A DNA stretch of 64,000 bases from Candidatus Bilamarchaeum sp. (lineage in GTDB: Archaea > Micrarchaeota > Micrarchaeia > Anstonellales > Bilamarchaeaceae), in contig DATIFM010000036.1 of the NCBI GenBank assembly GCA_035455205.1, positions 12,152-76,151 on the forward strand, in the 5' to 3' direction. This document shows, one piece after another, positions 24,796-34,218 of this stretch. The position numbers and the translations under genes are program-made. The notes under the pieces are model-generated. The model was not told the origin of the DNA, ran no database searches, and saw only the letters and a program-made list of their open reading frames with translations. How positions within the stretch are numbered: position 1 is the first letter of the stretch; each line of letters begins with the position of its first letter.

Positions 24796-26418
24796 CTATT
24801 TCCGGTCGTAGACGCCAAATGAGGCGGTTTTCAGCGCGATTCCCTTGAGCGGAGTGGGCAGCGGGAGCCTTGCAAGGACGCCTTCGAAGAGGCTGACGTC
24901 GTGGCGGGAATAGCAGCGGAGGAGAATGGTGAAAAGCAGGAACAGGGCGAGCGAGAGCGCGCAGAGCGCGCCGAGGTAAGCGAACGCCGCCGCCTTCAGG
25001 AGCGGCTCGTCGCTCGCAAAGCCGCCCGGGCCCATCAGGGAAAGCAGGGGAGTCCGGAGGGCGAAGAGGAGCACGGATGCCGCGACGCCGCACAGGATTA
25101 TCCTGAAAAACTCGCCCCTCAGCCTGAACCCGAACGTCTTCATGGAGTAATACGCGAGTGCGCATGCGAGCGCGGCGAAGCTGAGCGCGGTGCCGAGGGC
25201 GGCCCCTTCCATCCCGAGCCGGGGTATGAGGAAAACATTCAGGGCGACGTTAAGCATCGCCGCAAGGAGCGAGAGCTTGAGCTCCAGCCGCACAAGGCGC
25301 AGGGCCGCGAGCGCGAGGAACAGCATCGAGGAGGCGGCCTTCACCGCGATGCCTGCGACGAGAATCATCATGGAAAGCGAGCCGCCGGTGTACGCCGCGC
25401 CGTAGAAGGCCGCGAGGAGCTCGGGCGAGAACACTGCAAGGGCCATCGCCACCGGGAAAGTTATCAGCATGGCCCAGCGCGTCGAGTCCTCGGTCATCTC
25501 GCGGACCTTGTCCATGTCGCCCTTTCCCACGAATTTCGAGAGCAGGGGGAGGAATATCGTCTCTATCGAGTTCGGGAATATGAAAAGGACCCCGGCTAGC
25601 GTGGAGGCGATGGTGTACATTGCTACCTGCTCGGGGGCCGATGCGGGGGGAACGAGGTAGCCCAGAATCGCCTTGTCCGAGGAGCTCACTATCACCCATG
25701 TCGAGTTGACGAGGGTGAGCGTGAACGCGAACGGGAGCACCTCGTGGATGAACCCGGCCGCGCCGTGCGCCGCGGCCTTTGGCAGCGAGTCGGAGACGGA
25801 CTTGATACGGGGGTATGTCAGGAGGATTCCGATGACGTGGGAGAGCGTGAACGCCACGGATATCGACAGCGCGGTCGGCCCGAAAAAATGGAAAAAGAGG
25901 AGCGTGAGGGCGAGCTTCGCGATGTTCTGGACGTTGTTCAGGAGCTGCATCGATTTCATGTCCGAGAGGCCCTGCAGGAAGAAGTAGCTTATCCTGAAGA
26001 CGTTCTGGACGACTATGAAAATCGAGATGACGCGTATCGCGTCCGCGAGCTTCGCATTCTGGTAGATGCCGCCAATCAGGTCGGCAGAGAGGAACGCCGC
26101 GGCAGAAAAAACCATGCTCAGCACGAACACTATCCTGAAGCACAGCGAGAGCATCCGGTTTATCTCGTCCCGCCTCCCGCTCCCCTCGTAGAACGGGACG
26201 TAGCGTTGCATCGCCCCGGGAAGCCCCAGGTCGCTCACGACGCCGACGAGCGTGATTATGCTGAGCGAGAGGTAGAAGATGCCGATGTCGTCGGCCGAGG
26301 CGGCGCGCGCGAGGATGACGACGTAGAAGAAGGAGATGAGCTTGAAGAAGAGGCTCCCGGCAAGGTTCCAGAAGCTCCCGCGGGCGACCTCCTTGGAATA
26401 TTCCGGGACGCCGTCCAT
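24796..26418 (-). CDS. MOP-superfamily polysaccharide/oligosaccharide flippase (Wzx-like)
   Basis: 540 aa with roughly 12-14 predicted TM helices. N-terminal region GSFWNLAGSLFFKLISFFYVVILAR is typical of Wzx/polysaccharide biosynthesis proteins. Confidence 0.75.
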   Translation of the reverse strand: MDGVPEYSKEVARGSFWNLAGSLFFKLISFFYVVILARAASADDIGIFYLSLSIITLVGVVSDLGLPGAMQRYVPFYEGSGRRDEINRMLSLCFRIVFVLSMVFSAAAFLSADLIGGIYQNAKLADAIRVISIFIVVQNVFRISYFFLQGLSDMKSMQLLNNVQNIAKLALTLLFFHFFGPTALSISVAFTLSHVIGILLTYPRIKSVSDSLPKAAAHGAAGFIHEVLPFAFTLTLVNSTWVIVSSSDKAILGYLVPPASAPEQVAMYTIASTLAGVLFIFPNSIETIFLPLLSKFVGKGDMDKVREMTEDSTRWAMLITFPVAMALAVFSPELLAAFYGAAYTGGSLSMMILVAGIAVKAASSMLFLALAALRLVRLELKLSLLAAMLNVALNVFLIPRLGMEGAALGTALSFAALACALAYYSMKTFGFRLRGEFFRIILCGVAASVLLFALRTPLLSLMGPGGFASDEPLLKAAAFAYLGALCALSLALFLLFTILLRCYSRHDVSLFEGVLARLPLPTPLKGIALKTASFGVYDRK

Positions 26419-26426
26419 GGAGAGAC

Positions 26427-27329
26427 CTAGTACGTCTTGATTAGCGCGTCTATCCCGTCCTCGAGGCCGACCTTGGCCCTGAACCCGAGCTCTTTTGCGG
26501 CGCGGGCGGTGTCGGCCTGCGTGTGGGGGACGTAGTTCTTGATCCTGTTCGGCTCGTATTTCGGCTTTATGCTGGTCCCGAGCTTTTTGTTGAGGAGGTC
26601 CACGACGTGGTTCAGGCTCGCGCTCTTTCCCGTGCCGACGTTGAATATCCCGCTCTTCCCGTACTTGAGGGCGAGCAGGTTCGCCTCCACCACGTCGCTC
26701 ACGAATACGAAGTCCCGGGTCTGGGAGCCGTCGCCGAGTATCACGGGCGCCCGCCCGGCCTTGATGTCCCAGAGGAACTGCGTGACGAGGTTCGCGTACT
26801 GCTTCTTGTACGTCTCATGGGGCCCGTAGACGCTGAAGTAGCGGAGGCCGACGCTTTTCAGGCCGTACATGCTCTCATACAGGCGCGCCTCCCTTTCCAT
26901 AGCGTAGCGGCCCTCGGTGTAGAAATCGGTGACTAGTATTTCCATGTCCTCGCGGTGCGGGGGCTTCTGCCCGTTGTAGAGCGAGCTTGAAGAAGCAAAA
27001 ACCAGCCTGCACGAGTCGTTCTTCCTGACGTATTCCAGAATCGAAATCCACTCGTCCTGGACCTTGGCCGTGAGATGCGGGTCCTGCTTGTACATCGGCG
27101 AGGACGAATACACGCCCTCGTGGATTATGGCGTCGAATTTCTCATCCAGGCCCGCGACTTCGCCGGAGCTTTTCTTCACTATGCGTATCTTGTCCTTCAC
27201 GGTGGAGATGTTGGCCTCGTTGCCCGTGTGCATGTTGTCGAGCGCGACGACTTCGTGCCCCTCCCCGACCAGCCGCTCGGTTATGTTCGAGCCGACGAAG
27301 CCCAGGGCGCCTGTCACAAGAATTTTCAT
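26427..27329 (-). CDS. NAD-dependent sugar epimerase/dehydratase (extended SDR)
   Basis: MKILVTGALGFVGSNI (GxxGxxG), a catalytic Y..xK-type region, 300 aa. Confidence 0.8.
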   Translation of the reverse strand: MKILVTGALGFVGSNITERLVGEGHEVVALDNMHTGNEANISTVKDKIRIVKKSSGEVAGLDEKFDAIIHEGVYSSSPMYKQDPHLTAKVQDEWISILEYVRKNDSCRLVFASSSSLYNGQKPPHREDMEILVTDFYTEGRYAMEREARLYESMYGLKSVGLRYFSVYGPHETYKKQYANLVTQFLWDIKAGRAPVILGDGSQTRDFVFVSDVVEANLLALKYGKSGIFNVGTGKSASLNHVVDLLNKKLGTSIKPKYEPNRIKNYVPHTQADTARAAKELGFRAKVGLEDGIDALIKTY

Positions 27330-27352
27330 ATTCTGAATATCATTCGTCCGCT

Positions 27353-28324
27353 TTAAAACTTTTGAGTATGGATGCGGAGGATGTCCTCGGCCAGCCTGAA
27401 CCTGCCCAGCCCGTCAACGAGGTCGGTCATGCGGGCGGACATGCGCTTCCTTTCCTCCGCGTTTTCCATCAGGCCCTCGATGAGGGACAGCGAGGATCCG
27501 GCATCGGGGAGCGGGAGCGAGAGTCCGGAGCGGGACGCATAGTCGGAAAGGAGCGGCGCGCCCTGGGCGCCATAGAGGCACGAGGGAATCCTGAAAAAAA
27601 TCAGCTCGTGGATGGTTTCGGGCGAGGCGATGCCGAGGTCCGCGTCCATCAGCCGCCTCGGGTCACGGTCCGCGACTATGAAGCGCTCGTCGAGTCCGAT
27701 TTCGCGCGCTATATTGTCGCCGTGCGCGAAATTCTCAGGAAGGAGTATTGTCGCGAGGAAGTGCATCTTCGAGGCCTTCAGCGCCCGGAGGGCCTTTGCC
27801 GCGAGCCCCGACTCGTCCCCGCCGGGGTGGATTGCAATCTTCCGGCACCGCTCACCAGTTTCCCTCTGGAAGTCCTGGAACGCGTCGAACGGCCCCGGAA
27901 GCGGGTAGAACTCGGTACCGAGGAGCGTCTCGGTCTCTTTTGGCGCCGGGTAGTCGATGGTGTGGGCGTGGATGTTCGGGTTCACGATGACGTCCGCGTG
28001 GTATCTGGCGCATGAGGGCTCGTCGTCCACGATGACGAGCATCCTTGCCTTCTTCTTCAAGGCCTTCTGGGCTTTCTCGTCCGGGCGGTTGTCGAGTAAA
28101 AGTATGTCCGCGCCGTCTCCGAGAGCCTCCTCGGTGAATTCTAGGTCCCAGGACTGGGTGCTCTGGGAGCCTATGTCCGTCTGGGAAACCCCTTCGATGC
28201 CGAGCTTCGGGGAGCCGGAAGTGATGAGGGCGATTTCGGCCGATGGCTCGCTCTCGCGCAAGCCGTCCATGTACGCAAGAGAGCGCGCAAGGTGCTCCCT
28301 GGAGGCCCTGAAAACTATCTTCAT
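27353..28324 (-). CDS. GT-B fold protein resembling PseG/SpsG (nucleotide-sugar hydrolase/transferase)
   Basis: By-eye collinearity with PseG: MKIVFRAS, LVIVDDEP...HADVIVNPNIHA, LLGTEFYPL, IAIHPGGDE. The N-terminal GxGH motif is not evident. Confidence 0.4.
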   Translation of the reverse strand: MKIVFRASREHLARSLAYMDGLRESEPSAEIALITSGSPKLGIEGVSQTDIGSQSTQSWDLEFTEEALGDGADILLLDNRPDEKAQKALKKKARMLVIVDDEPSCARYHADVIVNPNIHAHTIDYPAPKETETLLGTEFYPLPGPFDAFQDFQRETGERCRKIAIHPGGDESGLAAKALRALKASKMHFLATILLPENFAHGDNIAREIGLDERFIVADRDPRRLMDADLGIASPETIHELIFFRIPSCLYGAQGAPLLSDYASRSGLSLPLPDAGSSLSLIEGLMENAEERKRMSARMTDLVDGLGRFRLAEDILRIHTQKF

Positions 28325-28383
28325 CCGATCGCCGCAATCCTATCGCGGAAGAGTTTAATTAGATTTACGCCAAAATCGGCATT

Positions 28384-29022
28384 ATGGATGCCGAAGGCGC
28401 CGTGGCCGCGGTCTGGGGCAGGCTACTTGAGCTTCTTTCTGCCCCCCTGAGCAGCGCCGAGCTTCTCTGGGCGGCGATTCCGCTTTTCATAGCGACGCTT
28501 TTCATCGCGCTCTATTTCGGCAGGAACAGGAGCGAGGAGCTGGGATGGAACACGGCTTTCGGCAACACGATGGTATTCCTCTTTGTCGCCATCGGGCTGA
28601 TACAGAAGATGTATAACTCCGGAGGCCTGGGCAGCCTTGCGAACATCACTTCGAGCGGCCTCTATTTTACAATCACGGTTGCGCTCGCGCTCGTGAGCAT
28701 CCTTATGATGGCGATAACGTATTTCCACCTCATGCCTAAAAGGGCGGCCTTCTTCCTGTTCTCGGCCCCTCCGCTCAATTCGGCTGCCTACGTTGTCATG
28801 ACCATAGTTTACGGGAACGTCCCGCCGGACTGGGTGACGGCGGCCGCGGGAATAATTTTCCTTTTCCTCATCCTGGTTGTCGTGAAGGCGCTGCAGGTTC
28901 CGCTCTGGCTGATAAGCGTCCGCGAGCATGAAAGCTCGGGCGACATGGCAGTCAAGGCCGAAGACGAGCCAGGCACAAGAAGGCGCAGGGTGCGCAGCCG
29001 AAATCTGGAAAGCGGAGAATAA
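28384..29022 (+). CDS. hypothetical polytopic membrane protein
   Basis: About 5 hydrophobic helices with a charged Arg-rich tail. It is the only plus-strand gene inside this part of the glycan island. Confidence 0.5.
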   Translation: MDAEGAVAAVWGRLLELLSAPLSSAELLWAAIPLFIATLFIALYFGRNRSEELGWNTAFGNTMVFLFVAIGLIQKMYNSGGLGSLANITSSGLYFTITVALALVSILMMAITYFHLMPKRAAFFLFSAPPLNSAAYVVMTIVYGNVPPDWVTAAAGIIFLFLILVVVKALQVPLWLISVREHESSGDMAVKAEDEPGTRRRRVRSRNLESGE

Positions 29023-29024
29023 AA

Positions 29025-30152
29025 TCAGCGCGAGGCTTCCCTGAATTTCTTTTCAAGCGCGTCCATGAATATCTTCCACGTGTAGTTCTCCAGGACGCGC
29101 TCGCGGCCGGCCTTCCCCATCTTCTCGACGAGGTTCCGGTCAGAGGCAAGGAGCGAGAGCTTCAGGGCCATCTCCTCCGGGCTTGCCACGAGGAAGCCGG
29201 TCTTCCCGTCCACTATGCTGTACCGGACGCCCCCCTCGTTCACCGAAACGCAGGGCTTCGAGGATGCCATCGACTCGATTGGTATCAGCCCCCAGTCCTC
29301 GTTTATCGCGCTGAACACGGTCGCGTAGCAGTCGGCGTAAAGCCCCTGCAGCTCCCCGTCCGACGGATTCGGGCGGAAATCCACCGCGAGGCCCGCCGAG
29401 TCCTTCTTCAGCTTAGCGAGGTAGGCCGGGTCGCTCGACGAGCCCGCGATGACGAGCCTGAAGCCGGGGTTTTTCCTGGAAAATAGCCTGAAGGCCTCGA
29501 GGGCGAACTCGAAGCGCTTCTCCGGGACTATGCGCGAAGGGTACAGGATGAATTTTTCGTAGGAGCGGCACGCGAACTTCTCCGTGTCCACCGCGGGATG
29601 GATGACCTCCGCGTCTTCCCGCTTCAGGTATTTTTTTATCCGCCCGTTCGTGACCTCGGAATTCGTGCAGATGTGCCTTATCTTCGGGAGGACATTGAAC
29701 TCGACGCCCTTGAAGATGTCGCAGAGGCCGGAGCTGACGATTTTTTTCGGAAGGCTCATCCGCGCCTGCCGCCACTCGCGGAGGTCGAAGCACTCCCGGT
29801 TGGGGCTGTGGCAGTACCAGACCATGCGCGGGTTGCGGTTCGCGAGCCACTCGGCCGGGCACCCGTGGGCGTTCAGGACGTCGTAATCCTCCCTGAGCTT
29901 TGTGAAGTAGTAGCGGAATCCGCCTATCACGGCGTTGTACCTTCGCCTGTCGCCCCTCAGCCAGAAGAAGGGCAGTTCCGCGGCGTGGCGCGGGAGCACG
30001 CGGACGTCGAACTCGCGGAATCCGGAAAAGGTCTTTTCGCGCTCGTAGGTGATGCAGTAGATGACCGGGTTGAAGCGCTTTGCAATCTCGAGGACCACCC
30101 GCTCCCCGCCGCCCATCTGGTGGAGGAAGGGGTGCGCAAGCACGACGTCCAT
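29025..30152 (-). CDS. family-4 glycosyltransferase (GT-B, Glycos_transf_1)
   Basis: C-terminal EDWGLIPIESMASSKPCVSVNEGGVRYSIVDGKTGFLV (EX7E region). The start at MDVVLAHPF (30152) is preferred because GAGGGTGG lies upstream of it; the track start is 30212. Confidence 0.85.
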   Translation of the reverse strand: MDVVLAHPFLHQMGGGERVVLEIAKRFNPVIYCITYEREKTFSGFREFDVRVLPRHAAELPFFWLRGDRRRYNAVIGGFRYYFTKLREDYDVLNAHGCPAEWLANRNPRMVWYCHSPNRECFDLREWRQARMSLPKKIVSSGLCDIFKGVEFNVLPKIRHICTNSEVTNGRIKKYLKREDAEVIHPAVDTEKFACRSYEKFILYPSRIVPEKRFEFALEAFRLFSRKNPGFRLVIAGSSSDPAYLAKLKKDSAGLAVDFRPNPSDGELQGLYADCYATVFSAINEDWGLIPIESMASSKPCVSVNEGGVRYSIVDGKTGFLVASPEEMALKLSLLASDRNLVEKMGKAGRERVLENYTWKIFMDALEKKFREASR

Positions 30153-30239
30153 CACTGGCCACCCTCTGAGATTTTGCAGGACAGAAATAGCATGGCTGAA
30201 AATACCAGCCACGCTTAATATTCCTTGCGAACGCCGGGG

Positions 30240-31262
30240 CTACTCGAGGAGTTCCCTGTACGCCTTGACGGTCTGCTCGGCGCAATTTGCCCACGTGAAC
30301 TGGGAAAGGTGCGCCTCGTGCTCAGCGCTGAAGCGGAATTTCCTCGCTTCATCCATCAGCTGCGCCGCATGCGCTTCGTCCTTCGCCTTCAGGCAGAACT
30401 CGGTCACTTCGGCCGGGATTTTCGAGTCCCCCCTCACGATGACGGGGGTGCGGCACTTCTGCGCCTCGATTATCGGAAGGCCGAAACCCTCGGCTTTGGA
30501 GGGGAACATGAACGCGTCGAAGGAGTTGTAAATCGCAGGAAGGTCGGAATCTTTGGCCAGGCCCATGAACTGTGCGTTCTTCAGGCCGAGCTCCTTGGCG
30601 AGTTTCTGGCAGTCGCCGTACGTCCTGCCGGTGCCGTAGAGGACGAGGCGCGAACCCGGGTTCTCCTTCTCGAAAATGGAATACGCCCGCAGAAGGAACG
30701 GGACGTCCTTGCTCTCGTCGAACCGCCCGATGTAGCCAATCGTGTACGTGCCGTGCGGCGCGCGCTCGGGCCTGAAGCGCTCGTCAGCCCCGAGCACGGT
30801 CACCCTGATTTTTTCCTTCTCTAGGCCGAACGTTTCAACGACGTCCTGCTTCGTCAGCGATGAGATTGCGATGAGCATGTCGGAGTTCATGCAGGACGCT
30901 TTTATCGCCCTCGCAATGATGCGGGCGTTTATCGTCCTTGCGTTCCGGAAATACGTGAGGTCGTATATGGTGGTGGCCACCTTCTTTCCGGATTTCCTCC
31001 TGAGCGGGGAAATTGCGTAGCCGAGTGCAGGCTCGAGGAAATGGTAGAGGTCCGGCTTCCCCCCGAAGAGGAGGGCGCGGGCAGGTATCGCGAAGACGAG
31101 GTCGAGGAACGGCTTTCCCCGGAAGGAAAAGGGCGAGCGGGAGCAGATTGTGCCCCCAAGGATGCCGCGGCGCTCCATCTCCGAATAGACATTGTAGGAA
31201 TACCTTCCTATGCCGTGTCCGACCGACTGGTCCAGGTAATGGGCAACCAGCGTCACTTTCAT
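30240..31262 (-). CDS. family-4 glycosyltransferase
   Basis: From MKVTLVAHYLDQSVGHGIGRYS... to ...PSKAEGFGLPIIEAQKCRTPVIV. The Arg/Ser-rich 105-aa N-terminal extension in the track ORF is rejected. Confidence 0.85.
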   Translation of the reverse strand: MKVTLVAHYLDQSVGHGIGRYSYNVYSEMERRGILGGTICSRSPFSFRGKPFLDLVFAIPARALLFGGKPDLYHFLEPALGYAISPLRRKSGKKVATTIYDLTYFRNARTINARIIARAIKASCMNSDMLIAISSLTKQDVVETFGLEKEKIRVTVLGADERFRPERAPHGTYTIGYIGRFDESKDVPFLLRAYSIFEKENPGSRLVLYGTGRTYGDCQKLAKELGLKNAQFMGLAKDSDLPAIYNSFDAFMFPSKAEGFGLPIIEAQKCRTPVIVRGDSKIPAEVTEFCLKAKDEAHAAQLMDEARKFRFSAEHEAHLSQFTWANCAEQTVKAYRELLE

Positions 31263-31263
31263 G

Positions 31264-32061
31264 TCACAACCCCAGCGGCCTGAACGAGTAGCCGAGCGAG
31301 CGGAGCTTCGAGTTGTCCCCGAGGAGCGTGTCCTTCCGGTCCGAGGCGACCTTGAGATTGCCGCACTTTTTTCCGAGGTGGCCTGCGACCATCTCATAGA
31401 CTTCCCGTATCGTGGCTCCCCTGCCGGAGCAGAGGTTGTAGGTGCCCTGCGGAATCGACCCTGCGCCGCAAAGGACAGCGATAACGTCGTCTGCGTGCAC
31501 CATGTCCAGCACGCTCTCCGGGTTGTATATTTCGGTGGGGGAGCCAGAGGAGAATTTTTCCATGAGGTCCCCGACAAGGAGGCCCCCGGGCTGGTCGGCC
31601 GAATAGGAGTTGAACAGCCTGAAGATGACGTACGAGTAGCCGTTTTTGAGCGAGTGGTAGCGGACTATGTCTTCGCCGACAAGCTTTGTCAGGGCGTAAA
31701 AGTTGGACGGGGCGGCCTGCTCGCCCTCGGTATGGGCCGCTCCGGAAGGCCCATAGACCTGCGCGGTGCTCATGAACACGAGTTTTTGGCCCCTGCCGAG
31801 CCTGCGGCAGAGGTTGAGCGTCCCGTTGACGTTCACGTCCCATGCCGCATCGAGGTCCTTGTCGGCCATGCGGGACGATGACACTGCGGCAAGGTGATAC
31901 ACGATATCGAAACCCGAGGCCCGGACTTCCCCGCGTATGTCACCCCTGACGAATTCGGCCCCCGGCACGGCTTTCCTGTCGATGACCGTGGCAGTTCCCT
32001 TGAGGCCCGCGATGAGCTTCCTTCCGAGGAAACCAGAGCCCCCGGTGACTAAAGCCTTCAG
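31264..32061 (-). CDS. NAD-dependent epimerase/dehydratase (SDR) with probable non-canonical CTG start
   Basis: The track ORF starts at the GTG at 31968, but the in-frame upstream codons encode (L)KALVTGGSGFLGRKLIAGL, which is the Rossmann GxxGxxG. No ATG, GTG or TTG lies between the upstream in-frame TAA and this motif. The CTG at 32061-32059 overlaps the upstream TGA stop (CTGA) and follows GGTGAG. Confidence 0.6.
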   Translation of the reverse strand: MKALVTGGSGFLGRKLIAGLKGTATVIDRKAVPGAEFVRGDIRGEVRASGFDIVYHLAAVSSSRMADKDLDAAWDVNVNGTLNLCRRLGRGQKLVFMSTAQVYGPSGAAHTEGEQAAPSNFYALTKLVGEDIVRYHSLKNGYSYVIFRLFNSYSADQPGGLLVGDLMEKFSSGSPTEIYNPESVLDMVHADDVIAVLCGAGSIPQGTYNLCSGRGATIREVYEMVAGHLGKKCGNLKVASDRKDTLLGDNSKLRSLGYSFRPLGL

Positions 32062-33188
32062 GAGCTCACCTTTCCGACCTGGTCCCGGATTATGTCGCTC
32101 ACGGACTTAGTGGGCCTCCAGCCCGTCTTTTGCCTGAGCTTGTCAGAGTTCCCGATGAAGCCGTCGAAGAGGGCATCGCCCTTCTCATACGGGCGGAGCA
32201 GGCTCTTGTCGACCAGAATCGGCTTGTCGAGGCCAAAGAGGCGCATCGCGAGCCTGGCGTGGTCGCCGGTCGTTATGCCCTTGCCGGAGCAGATGTTGTA
32301 TGTCGTGCCCCGGTCGCATTTTTCAATCGCGAGGAGCTGGGCGCGGGTCGAGTCATGGACATGGGTGAAGTCCCGCACGGAGTTCGGGTTGCCCATCACG
32401 AGCTTGTCCGCTTTTCCGTCCAGGATTTTCCGGACCTGCGCGGCCACCCTCGCGGTGAAGAACTGCGGGCCCCTGCGCGGGCCCTCCTGGTTGAACGTCC
32501 GCGTCATCACTGTCGGGGAAGAATAAGTGTAGTAATAGGACTTTCCGACGTACTCGGTGAAAACTTTCGTCGCGGCGTAAGTGGAAGTGGGGCGAAGCTC
32601 GCTCTCCTCGCGCACAGGGAGCTCATCGAGGCTTTTGACAAAACCGTACTGCTCGCTCGAGCACGCAAGCTGTATTCCCTCCACGCTCTTTCCCTCCTTT
32701 GCCGCCGCCTCGAGGACGTTCACCGTGCTCACGCAGTTGTTCTCGACGACGTGGGCCGGCTGCTCGATGCTCGATGGCACGAACGACTCCGCGGCCTGGT
32801 GCGAAATCACGTGCGGGTCGATTTTCTTCATGAGCGCCGCGACCCGGCCGTAGTCCCGGAGGTCGGCCTCGAACGTCTTGAGCTTCCCGCTCTCCAGGTT
32901 GTGCTCGAGGTGCGGGTGGTATGCCACGGCGTGCCTCTTTATCGTGCCGTAGACCTCGGCCCCGAGAGAGAGGAGGATGTCTATCATGGTGCTCCCGACC
33001 ATGCCGGATGCGCCAGTTATGAGGACGCGCTTTCCCTGCCAGTAGCTCTCGGAGGGGGCCGCGCTCTTTGCGCCGCGCACCGACTTCTCGTATTCATCGA
33101 ACGAATCGAGGTCGATAAGGTACCCTTCCCTCTTGAGCCGGGCGAACTTTTCGCTTTGGAAAATGTCGTCTAAAGGAATAAGAGCCAT
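32058..33188 (-). CDS. GDP-mannose 4,6-dehydratase-like SDR with a roughly 55-aa N-terminal extension
   Basis: GKRVLITGASGMVGS, YAATKVFTEY, and FNQEGPRRGPQFFTARV (compare Gmd FNHESPRRGxxFVTRKI). Confidence 0.7.
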   Translation of the reverse strand: MALIPLDDIFQSEKFARLKREGYLIDLDSFDEYEKSVRGAKSAAPSESYWQGKRVLITGASGMVGSTMIDILLSLGAEVYGTIKRHAVAYHPHLEHNLESGKLKTFEADLRDYGRVAALMKKIDPHVISHQAAESFVPSSIEQPAHVVENNCVSTVNVLEAAAKEGKSVEGIQLACSSEQYGFVKSLDELPVREESELRPTSTYAATKVFTEYVGKSYYYTYSSPTVMTRTFNQEGPRRGPQFFTARVAAQVRKILDGKADKLVMGNPNSVRDFTHVHDSTRAQLLAIEKCDRGTTYNICSGKGITTGDHARLAMRLFGLDKPILVDKSLLRPYEKGDALFDGFIGNSDKLRQKTGWRPTKSVSDIIRDQVGKVSS

Positions 33189-33212
33189 CAGAGGCGATTT
33201 GCCCGCTTCGTA

Positions 33213-34166
33213 TTAAAATTCCTTTGCCGGCGGGGCTTCGAGCGGCCTGAAGACGGGCGGGCGGCCCCCGAGCGCGGAGAGGATTCCGCTGAAGACGACC
33301 CCCAGGCGCGCGAGGGGCGATGGCATGATGCCGAGGCGGCCCTGCTCGTCCCTGCCTATGACAGCGACCGCGAAGATGCGCGGGATCAGGATGGGAAGCC
33401 ACCAGGGGGGCAGGTTGAGCAGGACGAACCGTATCCTGTTCTTCGTCCAGCCGCTGTAATACCCCATCTGCCGCCAGAGCACGGCCTGCGGCGTCCGGCC
33501 CCGGTCGTGGTAGTGCATGAGCGAAGCTTTGCCGTCATAGATGATGCGGAAGCCCGCCCTCCGCGCGCGGCAGCAGTATTCGGCGTCCTCGAAATAGATG
33601 GGGTTGTAGCGCTCGTCGAGAAGGCCGGCCTTCAGGAGGGCCGCGCGGCTTATCATCAAGCATGCGCCTGTGATGTAGTCCGCGTCATGCACGAGGTCGT
33701 GCGAGCCGTCATCCGGCTCGCCTTCAGCGGGGTGGAAGGATTCCCGGCTTAGGCTGAACTTTCCCCCGGCATGCTGTATCCGGTTGCCATCCGAGAGCAG
33801 CTTGCAGCCAATCACGCCGGCGCCCGGCGTCGCCTCGGCGGCCCGGATCATCTCGCCCATCCAGTTGCGGTCGCACACCTCCATGTCGTTGTTGAGGAGG
33901 ATGACGTATGCCGGGGCGTATTTGCCAAACGCATAGCGGATGCCGTCGTTGTTCCCTCCGGAGAAGCCGCGGTTCTCCTCGAGGCGCAGAAGGTCCGCCC
34001 AGGGATAGGATTCCCTGACCATTTTTTCCGAGCCGTCCGTGGAGCCGTTGTCCACCACTACGACCTTGTAGTCGGGGTAGTCGGTCTTGGGGAAGCTTTT
34101 CAGGAACGCGTCCAGCTTCTCCTTTCCGTTGTAGTTGAGGATGACTGCGCACACTCTGGGGCTCAT
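33213..34166 (-). CDS. family-2 glycosyltransferase
   Basis: AVILNYNGKEKL...VVVVDNGSTDGS, followed by a DxD-like LLNNDMEV. Confidence 0.85.
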   Translation of the reverse strand: MSPRVCAVILNYNGKEKLDAFLKSFPKTDYPDYKVVVVDNGSTDGSEKMVRESYPWADLLRLEENRGFSGGNNDGIRYAFGKYAPAYVILLNNDMEVCDRNWMGEMIRAAEATPGAGVIGCKLLSDGNRIQHAGGKFSLSRESFHPAEGEPDDGSHDLVHDADYITGACLMISRAALLKAGLLDERYNPIYFEDAEYCCRARRAGFRIIYDGKASLMHYHDRGRTPQAVLWRQMGYYSGWTKNRIRFVLLNLPPWWLPILIPRIFAVAVIGRDEQGRLGIMPSPLARLGVVFSGILSALGGRPPVFRPLEAPPAKEF

Positions 34167-34218
34167 CGGGCTGAATCCTCAGCCATTGTTTTTAAACGGT
34201 GGATGGTAAAGACGCTTG

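Noticed and set aside
30240-31577. N-terminal extensions of track ORFs: the GT4 gene extended to 31577, the UXS-like gene to 38253, pheS to 50316, the DUF167 gene to 22255 and ftsZ to 58333.
   Set aside because: The extensions overlap the upstream gene in another frame, are compositionally aberrant, and skip obvious internal starts that give canonical family N-termini, often with ATGA overlaps or GGTG-type SD motifs.
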